A stretch of DNA of 64,000 bases, taken from an uncultured Eubacteriales bacterium. GTDB taxonomy: Bacteria > Bacillota > Clostridia > Oscillospirales > CAG-272. The notes beneath the pieces are model-generated. The model did no database searches. It worked only from the letters and a program-made list of their open reading frames with translations, and was not told the origin of the DNA. The translations under genes were made by a program, and so were the position numbers. Positions 39,069-48,200 of the stretch are shown here, in pieces (positions within the stretch are counted from its first letter, which is position 1; each line of letters starts with the position of its first letter). The stretch is from positions 133,471 through 197,470 of the forward strand of contig CASGAQ010000001.1 of assembly GCA_949299535.1 (NCBI GenBank), written 5' to 3'.

Positions 39069-39769
39069 TGGCGCTTAAGTGGGAGTTTTTTTACAGAAAG
39101 TTCATAACCTATAAAGGTTATGAGAGCGTGCTCTCAGGTCTTGGCGTGACTGTCGAGATCGCCGTATTCGGTCTTCTCATAGGTATCGTCATAGGCACGC
39201 TTATTGCCGTTGTCAAGATGTTGCCCGGAACGGGAATTGCAAAAAAGATCCTTTCTGCAATATGCAATATATACATCGGATTTTTCCGCGGCACGCCTAT
39301 CGTCGTTCAGCTTCTTATAGGATATTACGTTCTTTTGCCCGCTCTCGGAATAACTATTGACAAGATAATAGTTGCCATTACCGTATTCGGTATGAACAGC
39401 GGTGCATACGTTTCCGAAATAATGAGAAGCGGTATTCAGGCGGTCGATCCCGGCCAGCTTGAAGCGGCGCGCGCCCTCGGTCTGGGTTATTCGCGCTCGA
39501 TGATGAAAGTCATCATTCCTCAGGCAGTAAAGAATATTCTGCCCACGCTCGGCAACGAGTTTATCTCGCTTATCAAAGAAACGTCAGTCGTAAGCTTTAT
39601 AGCTATCGTCGATCTTACAAAAGCGTTCCAGCAGATAGGCGACTCCAACTACGACTACATAATCCCTTATCTCATGCTCGCCGCGGTCTACTTGGTTCTC
39701 GTATGTATTATCGCGCAACTTGTGAAACTCCTTGAAAGGAGGCTTAAAAAAGTTGATAGAAATATTTAA
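39068..39769 (+). CDS. Amino acid ABC transporter permease (HisM/GlnP family)
   Basis: 233 aa with [13 protein letters not shown] and EAARALGL (EAA loop) motifs. Confidence 0.9.
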   Translation: MALKWEFFYRKFITYKGYESVLSGLGVTVEIAVFGLLIGIVIGTLIAVVKMLPGTGIAKKILSAICNIYIGFFRGTPIVVQLLIGYYVLLPALGITIDKIIVAITVFGMNSGAYVSEIMRSGIQAVDPGQLEAARALGLGYSRSMMKVIIPQAVKNILPTLGNEFISLIKETSVVSFIAIVDLTKAFQQIGDSNYDYIIPYLMLAAVYLVLVCIIAQLVKLLERRLKKVDRNI

Positions 39770-40682
39770 CCTGACAAAAAGCTACGGCGATCATGTGGTA
39801 CTTAACGGTATCACGGAAACTATCGCAGACGGCGAGAAAGTCGCAATAGTCGGCCCATCAGGCGGCGGAAAGAGCACGCTTCTGCGTTGCCTTAACTGCA
39901 TGGAAACGCCTACGAGCGGAGAGGTGCTTTTCGACGGAAAGCTTCTTTCTTCGCTCGATCCGTATCTGCACGACGATCTCATATGCCTTTCAAAAACGTA
40001 TGAGAAGCTCTTAAAGCATATCTCCGCGGAGAAGCCTTCCGTGTCAGATGAGGATAAAAAAGCGTCCGCTCTTGCAAAAATAAAAGAAGAAAAACTTCTT
40101 AAAAAATATGAGGGCACGGCGTTCAAAAAAGCTATGAAACAGCTTGAAAAGGAAATATCGCTCGACCTTAATCTTGCTCGCCGCGATATAGGAATGGTTT
40201 TCCAACATTTCAACCTTTTCAACAATCTCACGGTAATGCAGAATCTCACGCTTGCTCCCACTCAGCTTAAATTAAAGACAAAGGAAGAGGCGGAGAAGAA
40301 AGCGGAAGAGCTTTTGCGACGCATAGGTCTTTACGATAAGAAAGACGCATATCCGTCTACGCTTTCAGGCGGTCAGAAACAGCGTATAGCTATCATACGC
40401 GCGCTTGCCATGGATCCGAAAGTGATGCTTTTTGACGAGCCGACAAGCGCTCTTGATCCGGAAATGGTCGGAGAAGTTCTTGATCTCATCAAGAAGCTTG
40501 CCGATGAAGGCATGACAATGGTCATCGTAACCCATGAGATGGGATTCGCGCGTGAAGTGGCTACGCGTATGCTTTTCGTCGCCGACGGAAATATCCGCGA
40601 AAGCGCGCCTCCCGATGAGTTTTTCGACAATCCCAAGAATGAAAGACTTAAAGATTTTCTTTCCAAAGTCATAAAGAATTGA
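39753..40682 (+). CDS. Amino acid ABC transporter ATP-binding protein with a ~66-aa insertion
   Basis: Walker [28 protein letters not shown] and [13 protein letters not shown] start at 39753, 10 nt after AAGGAGG. The insertion lies between the Walker A region and the Q-loop. Confidence 0.88.
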   Translation: MIEIFNLTKSYGDHVVLNGITETIADGEKVAIVGPSGGGKSTLLRCLNCMETPTSGEVLFDGKLLSSLDPYLHDDLICLSKTYEKLLKHISAEKPSVSDEDKKASALAKIKEEKLLKKYEGTAFKKAMKQLEKEISLDLNLARRDIGMVFQHFNLFNNLTVMQNLTLAPTQLKLKTKEEAEKKAEELLRRIGLYDKKDAYPSTLSGGQKQRIAIIRALAMDPKVMLFDEPTSALDPEMVGEVLDLIKKLADEGMTMVIVTHEMGFAREVATRMLFVADGNIRESAPPDEFFDNPKNERLKDFLSKVIKN

Positions 40683-40707
40683 CAGTTATATATTTAGTAT
40701 GATAAAT

Positions 40708-40748
40708 AAAAAAGTTCGTAAACGTTATTTGACGCTTGCGAACTTTTT
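40708..40748. terminator. Bidirectional terminator between the ABC ATPase and response regulator genes
   Basis: aaaaaagttcg ... cgaactttttat; A/T-flanked stem with a 20-nt loop. Confidence 0.5.
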
Positions 40749-40752
40749 ATTT

Positions 40753-41415
40753 TTATTCAGATTTTATCGTATATCCTTTGCCACGGACGGTAGTTATTAT
40801 CTTTATGCCGAACTTTTCATCGAGCTTTTCACGAAGATATCGTATATATACGTCCACGATATTCGTTTCGTTCTCCTCTGTTTTTCCCCAAATTATGCGG
40901 GTTGCTTCCTCTCGGGTGATGATTTCTCCTTTTCTCTCTATAAGAAGACGCAGAAGCTCAAATTCGCGTTTCGTAAGTTCAGACGTTTCTTTTTTGTAGG
41001 AAACGGTGTGGCTTTTTTCGCCCAGTATGAGCATATCAGCCGCTGTTTTCCTCCTCTTTACGGGACGGACGCCTATCATGCTATCTTCATTTCTCTCAAA
41101 TATACACGAGAGGAATTTCCTTATGCTGAAAGGACGTGTGAAAACGCGGAAACCGGACGGCAGTTTTTCACTGAGTTCCGCCAATTCGTCCTCATAACCG
41201 AAGAGAATGACCTGAGTATTTTCAAAATCGGAAATGTCCGCCTTTCGTATCTCCGGCGTTTTGGCGTCTATAACGGTAAAATCCGCTGTTTCCGCTTCTT
41301 TTTGAGCCTCAGCGCAGAAAGAGGTGAAGACGCTGACTTCGGCGCCGAACGCGGATATCTCCAGAAAAAGCATGCGTGAAAATATTTCATCGTTTGTTAT
41401 GATAAGAACTTTCAT
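40753..41415 (-). CDS. OmpR-family winged-helix response regulator with an atypical receiver domain (orphan)
   Basis: C-terminal LTKREFELLRLL...VDVYIRYLREKL...TVRGKGY. The receiver has ITNDE instead of DDE, and the conserved Thr/Ser and Lys positions look replaced (FGY, TRPF). Confidence 0.75.
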   Translation of the reverse strand: MKVLIITNDEIFSRMLFLEISAFGAEVSVFTSFCAEAQKEAETADFTVIDAKTPEIRKADISDFENTQVILFGYEDELAELSEKLPSGFRVFTRPFSIRKFLSCIFERNEDSMIGVRPVKRRKTAADMLILGEKSHTVSYKKETSELTKREFELLRLLIERKGEIITREEATRIIWGKTEENETNIVDVYIRYLREKLDEKFGIKIITTVRGKGYTIKSE

Positions 41416-41433
41416 TTATTTCTCCGCCGTATT

Positions 41434-43644
41434 TTATTTTTTTATTGCCGAGGGGGACGCCGGTATCTTTGTCTTGTGCAGTCCTTGCAATGATGATGTT
41501 TCTTTGTCGAAATCTTTTGACGCTGTAACAACCCGGTCGGTTTTTTTCATGGTAATGAGCGCAACGCCCGCGCTTGTGCGCGTTGATTTTATCGGAATGA
41601 GGCTTGAATTTATGATGATACCTTTTCCGGAAGATGTCGTTATCAAAATATCTGTCGGTTCGGACTCATATATGGCGGCGGCGAGAGGGGAGGCGTCGGA
41701 ATAAGCGTTTATGAGTTTTTTGCGGTTTGTTTTCGTTTCGTAAGAGGAAACAGGTATCTTTACGCCCTTTCCGTTTTCGAAGATATATATTATGTTGTGG
41801 GAAGGCTCGTATGATTTGAGCGCTTTCATTGATATGACGCGCTCGCCTTCTTCAAAGTCGAGTTTGGCGGGAATAAATTCGCCGAGCGACGAAGCCTTTA
41901 CCTGCTCAAAATCCGCAACGCGAGACTTATACATGCGGCATTTACTGCCGATAAATATGAGTTCATCGGTATTTTCCGCATCTTCTTCAAGAATTACGGC
42001 ATCGCCTTCTTTGAGTTTGTATTCGTCGCTGCCGCGCAGTGTGCTTGCTCGCAGGGAAAGATGAGTTATCTTTTTAAAGAAACCATCGCGCGAGAGAACA
42101 AGACGCACGGAATAATTTTCAATATGTTCTTCGTCCTGATAATCCGTGATATCGTCTTCATAAATAAGGCGTGTCCTGCGCGGAACGGCATACTTATTCT
42201 TTATATGTGCGAGCTGTTTTGAGATATATCTTTTAAGTTTTGCTTCCGATTCTATTATCGATGACAGCTCGTCTATCTCCTTTTGCAGGGAGTTTATCTC
42301 GGATATGCGTTCCGTGATGTATTCTCTGTTGAGGTGACGGAGCTTTATCTCCGCGATATATTCCGCCTGTGTTCTGTCAAGGTCAAATCCTTTCATAAGG
42401 TTTGGAACAACGTCGTCTTCTTTTTCCGTTTCGCGCACTATCCTTATGGCTTTATCGATGTCGAGAAGTATCTCGCCGAGGCCGAGAAGAAGGTGAAGTT
42501 TTTCTTTCTTTTTGCCGAGATCGAATGTCAGCTCTCGTTTTACGCAGGTCATGCGGAAGCGTATCCACTCCGTAAGTATCTCGCGTATACCCATAGTGCG
42601 AGGTGTTCCGTCTATGAGTATATTGAAGTTGCAGGCAAAATTGTCCTGCAACGGTGTCTTTTTAAAGAGCTTTGCCATAAGTTTTTCGGGGTCCGTTCCA
42701 CGGCGCAGGTCAAGAGTCAGCTTAAAGCCGTGAAGGTCTATTTCATTGCGCGCGTCCGTCACTTCTTTGAGCGAGCCGTCTTTTATCATATCGGTTATCT
42801 TTTTGAGGATAAGCTCTATGGTCGTCGAATACGGTATCTCAAGTATGTCTATGCAGTTTTCGTTTTTATCATAAACATATCTTGCGCGCAGAGTAAAACT
42901 GCCTTCTCCCGTTTCGTATATCGTGCGAAGCTTTTCTCTGTCATAGACGATCCCGGCGCCTCCTGAAAAGTCAGGCGCTTTTATTATGTCGAGAAGCTCC
43001 TCCGTTGTCGTATTCGGATTTTTGAGCAGAGTTATTGTTCCGTCGCATATCTCGCCGAGATTGAATGAGCATATCTTGCTTGCCATACCGACGGCAATGC
43101 CCATGTTCGGCGAAACGAGGACGTTGGGGAAAGATGTGGGAAGAAGCACAGGCTCTTTCATCGTGGCGTCGTAGTTGTCCGTCATGTCGACGGCATCTTT
43201 ATCTATGCCGCCGAATATCTCGGCGCAGAATGGGTCGAGTTTTGCTTCCGTATATCTTGACGCCGCATAAGCCATGTCGGAACTGTAATGTTTGCCGAAG
43301 TTACCTTTTGAGTCTACAAAAGGATGGAGCAGTGCGCCGTTTCCTCTTGTAAGGCGCACCATCGTTTCATATATGGCAGCGTCGCCGTGAGGATTGAGCT
43401 TCATGGTAGCGCCTACGATATTCGTGCTTTTTGTTCTCGGTCCCGTAAGCAGTCCCATCTTATACATTGTGTAGAGAAGCTTTCTGTGCGACGGTTTGAA
43501 TCCGTCTATCTCCGGGATAGCGCGCGAAACTATGACCGTCATAACGTAGGGCATATAGTTTTTTTCTATTGTTTCCGTTATCGGCTGAGCCGTCACCGGT
43601 GCCGGCGGCAGGTCTTCCGTTATATTGTTTTTCTTTTTTGCCAT
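41434..43644 (-). CDS. parC: Type IIA topoisomerase subunit A (ParC-like; no GyrA box seen)
   Basis: 736 aa with IPEIDGFKPSHRKLLY, NPHGD and the catalytic-Tyr region AASRYTEAK. No QRRGGKG-like motif appears in the C-terminal domain. Confidence 0.8.
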   Translation of the reverse strand: MAKKKNNITEDLPPAPVTAQPITETIEKNYMPYVMTVIVSRAIPEIDGFKPSHRKLLYTMYKMGLLTGPRTKSTNIVGATMKLNPHGDAAIYETMVRLTRGNGALLHPFVDSKGNFGKHYSSDMAYAASRYTEAKLDPFCAEIFGGIDKDAVDMTDNYDATMKEPVLLPTSFPNVLVSPNMGIAVGMASKICSFNLGEICDGTITLLKNPNTTTEELLDIIKAPDFSGGAGIVYDREKLRTIYETGEGSFTLRARYVYDKNENCIDILEIPYSTTIELILKKITDMIKDGSLKEVTDARNEIDLHGFKLTLDLRRGTDPEKLMAKLFKKTPLQDNFACNFNILIDGTPRTMGIREILTEWIRFRMTCVKRELTFDLGKKKEKLHLLLGLGEILLDIDKAIRIVRETEKEDDVVPNLMKGFDLDRTQAEYIAEIKLRHLNREYITERISEINSLQKEIDELSSIIESEAKLKRYISKQLAHIKNKYAVPRRTRLIYEDDITDYQDEEHIENYSVRLVLSRDGFFKKITHLSLRASTLRGSDEYKLKEGDAVILEEDAENTDELIFIGSKCRMYKSRVADFEQVKASSLGEFIPAKLDFEEGERVISMKALKSYEPSHNIIYIFENGKGVKIPVSSYETKTNRKKLINAYSDASPLAAAIYESEPTDILITTSSGKGIIINSSLIPIKSTRTSAGVALITMKKTDRVVTASKDFDKETSSLQGLHKTKIPASPSAIKK

Positions 43645-43706
43645 TGTTTTTTACTCCGAAAAATTAACGTATGAAGGTGATTGAAAAAGTAAGAGCTGGA
43701 CGGATA

Positions 43707-45701
43707 TCAAATATCCGCGTCTTTGATGTAGAGTTTGCCGTTTTGTTTTATGAATTTTTTGCGTTCGGGCAGGTCGTCTCCCAAAAGCGTTTCGAAGATG
43801 TATGCGGTTTGCTCCGCATCTGTGGGAGTTACGCGGATAAGACGGCGCGTGGCGGGATTCATCGTCGTCTGCCACATCATCTCAGGCTCATTTTCGCCCA
43901 GACCTTTGGAGCGCTGTATCGTGTATTTTTTGCCGGAGAGCTTCGATGTGATATTTGCTTTTTCCTGCTCGTTATATGCGAAGAACGTGTCTTTTCCGCA
44001 GGTTATTTCGAAAAGAGGAGATTCCGCTATATATACCTTGCCTTCTTTTATGAGCGTGGGAAGCAGCCTGTAGAAGAGAGTGAGCAAAAGAGTACGTATC
44101 TGGAAACCGTCCTCGTCCGCATCGGTACATATGATTATCTTGCTCCATTTGAGAAGCGATATGTCGAACGTGTTTTGCGCGGCTTTTGATTTGCCTTGTA
44201 TTTCCGCGCCGCAGCCTATGACTTTCAAAAGGTCTACGATGACCTCGCTTTTGAATATCTTATCGTATCCGCATTTAAGGCAGTTGAGAGTTTTGCCTCT
44301 TACGGGGATTATCGCTTGAAATTCTGCGTCGCGGCCCTGAATACATGAGCCCATTGCGGAATCGCCTTCGACGATATACACCTCTCGCTTAGAGGTGTCT
44401 TTCGAGCGGCATGAAACGAATTTTTCCACTCTGTTTGCGACGTCAGAGCCTGATGAAGCGAGCTTTTTCTTTACGTCGACGCGGGTTTTTTCCGCTGTTT
44501 CACGGCTTCGCTTGTTCACCAGAATTTGAGCGGCGATCTTATCCGCTTCGGCGGGTTTTTCCGCAAAGTAAACTTCAAGCGCGTGCTTCAGATAATTTGT
44601 CAGTGCCTCTTTGATAAATTCGTTTGTAATAGCCTTTTTTGTCTGGTTTGCATATGAGGTTTGCGTAGAAAAGCTGTTTATGACGAGAAGAAGGCTGTCT
44701 TTTATATCATCAAAGCCTATTTTGCTTTCGTTTTTGTTGTATTTTCCCGTCGCTTTTATATATTTGTCTATGGCATAGGTAAAAGCGGTTTTTGCCGCGC
44801 TGTCCGGCGAGCCGCCGTGTTCCAGAAAACTGGAATTGTGATAATATTCTGTTTTGTTTACTTCGTTTGAAAAGCAGAAAGCAATCTCTGCTTTAAGGCT
44901 GTATTCGGGCTTGTCCTCTCTGTCGCGGCCGCGGGTTTCCGTCTGCCAGAATACCGGCGCGGTTATATATGTGTCTCCGGCAAGTCCGGTAATGTAGTCT
45001 GCAATACCGTTTTGGTAAAGAAATGTTTTTTCGTCAAAACCTCCGCCGTCGTTTTGGAAACGGAAAACAAATGAAAGTCCCTTGTTTACTATCGCCTGAC
45101 GTTCCAACATTGTTTCGAAAAATTCACGCGGGATATTCGTGTTCGTGAAAACCTCAAGGTCCGGACACCATGTTACTACGGTGCCGTGCTGTTTTTCTCT
45201 TTTGGCAAGAGTTCGGCGCTCAAGCTCTCCGTCCGGCTCGCCTTTTTTGAAATGCATTTCCAAAAGCTCGCCTGCGCGGTATGACTTTACATGCATAAAC
45301 TCCGAGCTGTACTGCGTTGCGGCGGCGCCGAGTCCGTTCAGTCCCAAAGAATATTTATAGTTTGCCCCGCCTTCGTTGTTGTTGTATTTTCCGCCGGCGT
45401 AAAGCTCACAATAGACGAGCTCCCAATTGTATTTTCCTTCTTTTTCGTTATAGCCGAGCGGTACGCCGCGGCCTTCGTCCTCTATAGAAATTACCCCGTC
45501 TTTTGTCACTGTAACATATATAACGCTGCCGTACCCCTCTCTTGCTTCGTCGACGGAGTTTGAAAGGATTTCAAAGACTGAATGTTCGCAGCCCTCTATG
45601 CCGTCAGAGCCGAAAATAACGGCAGGGCGTTTACGTACGCGGTCCGCGCCTTTTAAAGATGTTATGCTGTCATTATCGTAAATTGGTGTTTTTGCGGGCA
45701 T
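43707..45701 (-). CDS. parE: Type IIA topoisomerase subunit B (ParE-like)
   Basis: 664 aa with LKGADRVRKRPAVIFGS, the GHKL ATPase region, TOPRIM EVYIVEGDSA, and DADEDGFQI. Confidence 0.8.
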   Translation of the reverse strand: MPAKTPIYDNDSITSLKGADRVRKRPAVIFGSDGIEGCEHSVFEILSNSVDEAREGYGSVIYVTVTKDGVISIEDEGRGVPLGYNEKEGKYNWELVYCELYAGGKYNNNEGGANYKYSLGLNGLGAAATQYSSEFMHVKSYRAGELLEMHFKKGEPDGELERRTLAKREKQHGTVVTWCPDLEVFTNTNIPREFFETMLERQAIVNKGLSFVFRFQNDGGGFDEKTFLYQNGIADYITGLAGDTYITAPVFWQTETRGRDREDKPEYSLKAEIAFCFSNEVNKTEYYHNSSFLEHGGSPDSAAKTAFTYAIDKYIKATGKYNKNESKIGFDDIKDSLLLVINSFSTQTSYANQTKKAITNEFIKEALTNYLKHALEVYFAEKPAEADKIAAQILVNKRSRETAEKTRVDVKKKLASSGSDVANRVEKFVSCRSKDTSKREVYIVEGDSAMGSCIQGRDAEFQAIIPVRGKTLNCLKCGYDKIFKSEVIVDLLKVIGCGAEIQGKSKAAQNTFDISLLKWSKIIICTDADEDGFQIRTLLLTLFYRLLPTLIKEGKVYIAESPLFEITCGKDTFFAYNEQEKANITSKLSGKKYTIQRSKGLGENEPEMMWQTTMNPATRRLIRVTPTDAEQTAYIFETLLGDDLPERKKFIKQNGKLYIKDADI

Positions 45702-46006
45702 GAATGGCTCCTTTTCAAGATGATCGGTTTAATATATTTAGTGCGGTAAGACATATTAGTGTCTTTAAAAATGAATTTTTTATCCGCTGTTCCGTATAAT
45801 ATCGCCGCAGGTGATGTCTGCGGCGGTGTTGTCGAGCGTATCCGCCGTAATTTGCGTATTTTCGGCAAAGGCGGACTTGCTTTATTATAAAAAATTTGAT
45901 AAAATGAAATTATAATATGTTCTTTATGCCGTGAATTTTATCATACAACAAATTATACCACAAAATTACGGCAAAATCAACAGCCGTAAAACTGACGGGG
46001 GATTTT

Positions 46007-46822
46007 ATGTTTCGTAAATTATTAGCCGAATACGGAGTCGAGTTTTCGGGAGCCGTACCTTTTTCGGTCTGCCGCGTGTTTGACGGCGATCTGATAACAA
46101 GACGAGGCGTATCGGTTTCGGAAATAAAGAGCGCCATTCTTTTTCTCGTGCCGTATTATTTTGACGATAAGACCGTTGGTAATATTTCCGTTTATGCGCG
46201 CGCGCATGATTATCATATATTTTTTGAAAAACTATATGAGGATATTGTGCCGAAGCTGCAAGAGGCGTACGGCGCGCGTTTTTGGGGATTTGCGGACAAA
46301 TCCGCGATAGGTGAGGTACATGCCGCTTCATGTGCGGGACTCGGTCTTATAGGCGACAGCGGTCTTATCATAAACGAAAAGTACGGTTCGTTCGTATTTA
46401 TAGGAGAGCTTCTTTCGGACGCGTCGCCAGAGGTTTTCGGATGCGACAAGGAAGCAGAGTATGCTCCGAGCTTTTGCTGTCATTGCGGTGAGTGCAAAAA
46501 AGCGTGTCCGATGAAAGAGGGACTCGGCTGTCTTTCCGCTGTTACCCAGAAAAAAGGGGAGCTTACCGACGGGGAGCGTGAACTTATGCTGAGATACGGC
46601 TCTGCGTGGGGCTGCGATATATGCGCCGCCGTCTGTCCATATACTAAAAACGCCGTTGCGGCGGGCAATGTCACGCCGATAGATTTTTTCAGGAACGACA
46701 GGATACCGTTTCTTACGTCAGACGCTCTAAACGCCATGGATAAGGAGACTTTCCGCACGCGTGCATTTTCCTGGCGCGGCAGAAAAACGATAATGCGTAA
46801 CCTTGAGATTTTCGGAAAATGA
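46007..46822 (+). CDS. queG: Epoxyqueuosine reductase QueG-like protein (short form)
   Basis: ISVYARAHDYH, GLGLIGDSGLIINEKYGSFVFIGELLSD, CGECKKACP, and CLSAVTQKKGEL...WGCDICAAVCPY. Confidence 0.7.
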   Translation: MFRKLLAEYGVEFSGAVPFSVCRVFDGDLITRRGVSVSEIKSAILFLVPYYFDDKTVGNISVYARAHDYHIFFEKLYEDIVPKLQEAYGARFWGFADKSAIGEVHAASCAGLGLIGDSGLIINEKYGSFVFIGELLSDASPEVFGCDKEAEYAPSFCCHCGECKKACPMKEGLGCLSAVTQKKGELTDGERELMLRYGSAWGCDICAAVCPYTKNAVAAGNVTPIDFFRNDRIPFLTSDALNAMDKETFRTRAFSWRGRKTIMRNLEIFGK

Positions 46823-46881
46823 GCTGTTTGCCGCGTTTATTCCGCACATTATAAAAATTTTTATTTGCCGGAGATGTTTTA

Positions 46882-47349
46882 ATGATAATCAGAAGTTACA
46901 AACAAACGGATTGTGAAGAAATAACGGCTATGTTTTATGACACCGTCCATTCAATAAATGCGCGCGATTATACAAGAGAACAATTGGACGTGTGGGCAAC
47001 GGGTGAGGTCGACATTGAAGAATGGAACGGAAAGTTTTTAAGCCACTATACTCTTGTTGCAATAGAAGACGGCGTTATTGTCGGCTTCGGAGATATAGAC
47101 GATACCGGATATATAGACAAATTATATGTACACAAAGATTTTCAGCACAGAGGAATAGCCTCAGCCATATGCGATATGCTTGAGCAGAGTTTTTCGGGAG
47201 ACAGGATAACCGTGCATGCAAGTATTACGGCAAAGCCTTTTTTTCTCGGCAGAGGATATATCGTCGAGAAGGAACAAACGGTAGTACGCAAAGGCGTTGA
47301 ACTTACAAATTTCCTTATGTCAAAGAAAAATTTTTTGTTTGACGAATAA
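46882..47349 (+). CDS. GNAT family N-acetyltransferase
   Basis: 155 aa with acetyl-CoA motif KLYVHKDFQHRGIASAI. Confidence 0.85.
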   Translation: MIIRSYKQTDCEEITAMFYDTVHSINARDYTREQLDVWATGEVDIEEWNGKFLSHYTLVAIEDGVIVGFGDIDDTGYIDKLYVHKDFQHRGIASAICDMLEQSFSGDRITVHASITAKPFFLGRGYIVEKEQTVVRKGVELTNFLMSKKNFLFDE

Positions 47350-47399
47350 AATGTCGGGAATATTATCTACAGTAATAACAAGCGGTTCGGAGGAGGCGC

Positions 47400-48098
47400 A
47401 TGGCAAGATCGAATAAGGACGAAATAGCACGTCTGAAAAAAGAAAATAAAAAGCTCCGCCGTGAAAATGCGTATCTTTCGCATCGTATAGAAACGCTTTC
47501 ACCAAAGGAGACAAAAAATATATCGCGCGAAAGGGAGCTTTTTTTGAAAATGGACGATGTAGATTCCTCTACGGGATACTTCCGTTATCTTTTGTCGCGC
47601 TTTAAGCTGACACTCGTTTACAGAGTTTACGACAGAGTGTTTTTTGCTTTGCGAAAGTATGTTCTCGCGTCAAAGATATGGAATAATATTATAATAATAC
47701 TTGCGATTTTCGGAACGTCCGTTCAAGCTGTTTTGACTTTCGGCTCGGTGATCGTGCTTTTGCCGACGACGCTTTTGATTACGGCTGTTTTGACGCTTTT
47801 TTCGGCATATTCTTACAAAAAATTATGCAGAAGAATGCTTGCCGAAATAAACGGAAAACGTGTTTACTTTATATTTTTGAGAGAAAAACCTTACAAAAAC
47901 GGCGTGTTTTACGCCACGGCAAGAGATCTATCCGAAGACGGAACGGTGTTTGCCGTGACGCACTCTGCTTCGCTTTGTAATTTTCGTGCTTCACGCAAAT
48001 ATGCAGATGGAATATATTTTGTCCATACAAGCTTTTATTTTACACTGGCAAAAGCACTTAAAAAGGCGGGAAAGAAAGATATCGTTAAAATGTTCTGA
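47400..48098 (+). CDS. Hypothetical membrane protein with N-terminal coiled-coil-like segment
   Basis: 232-aa ORF with a charged N-terminus (IARLKKENKKLRRENAYL) and two hydrophobic segments. No family recognised. Confidence 0.5.
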   Translation: MARSNKDEIARLKKENKKLRRENAYLSHRIETLSPKETKNISRERELFLKMDDVDSSTGYFRYLLSRFKLTLVYRVYDRVFFALRKYVLASKIWNNIIIILAIFGTSVQAVLTFGSVIVLLPTTLLITAVLTLFSAYSYKKLCRRMLAEINGKRVYFIFLREKPYKNGVFYATARDLSEDGTVFAVTHSASLCNFRASRKYADGIYFVHTSFYFTLAKALKKAGKKDIVKMF

Positions 48099-48200
48099 TG
48101 AGCTTTTGCACTTTTTCATATCAGTCTTCACCCAAAAATCCTCCATTTTTATGAGTAAAGTTCTTTGCTAAGCTTTCTTTCAAGAAAGCGTAGGAGAAAT

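Noticed and set aside
41434-45701. Calling the topoisomerase pair gyrB-gyrA
   Set aside because: The A subunit is short (736 aa) and I could not find a GyrA-box (QRRGGKG-like) in its C-terminal domain. ParE/ParC-like is the better call, although only phylogeny or biochemistry can settle it.
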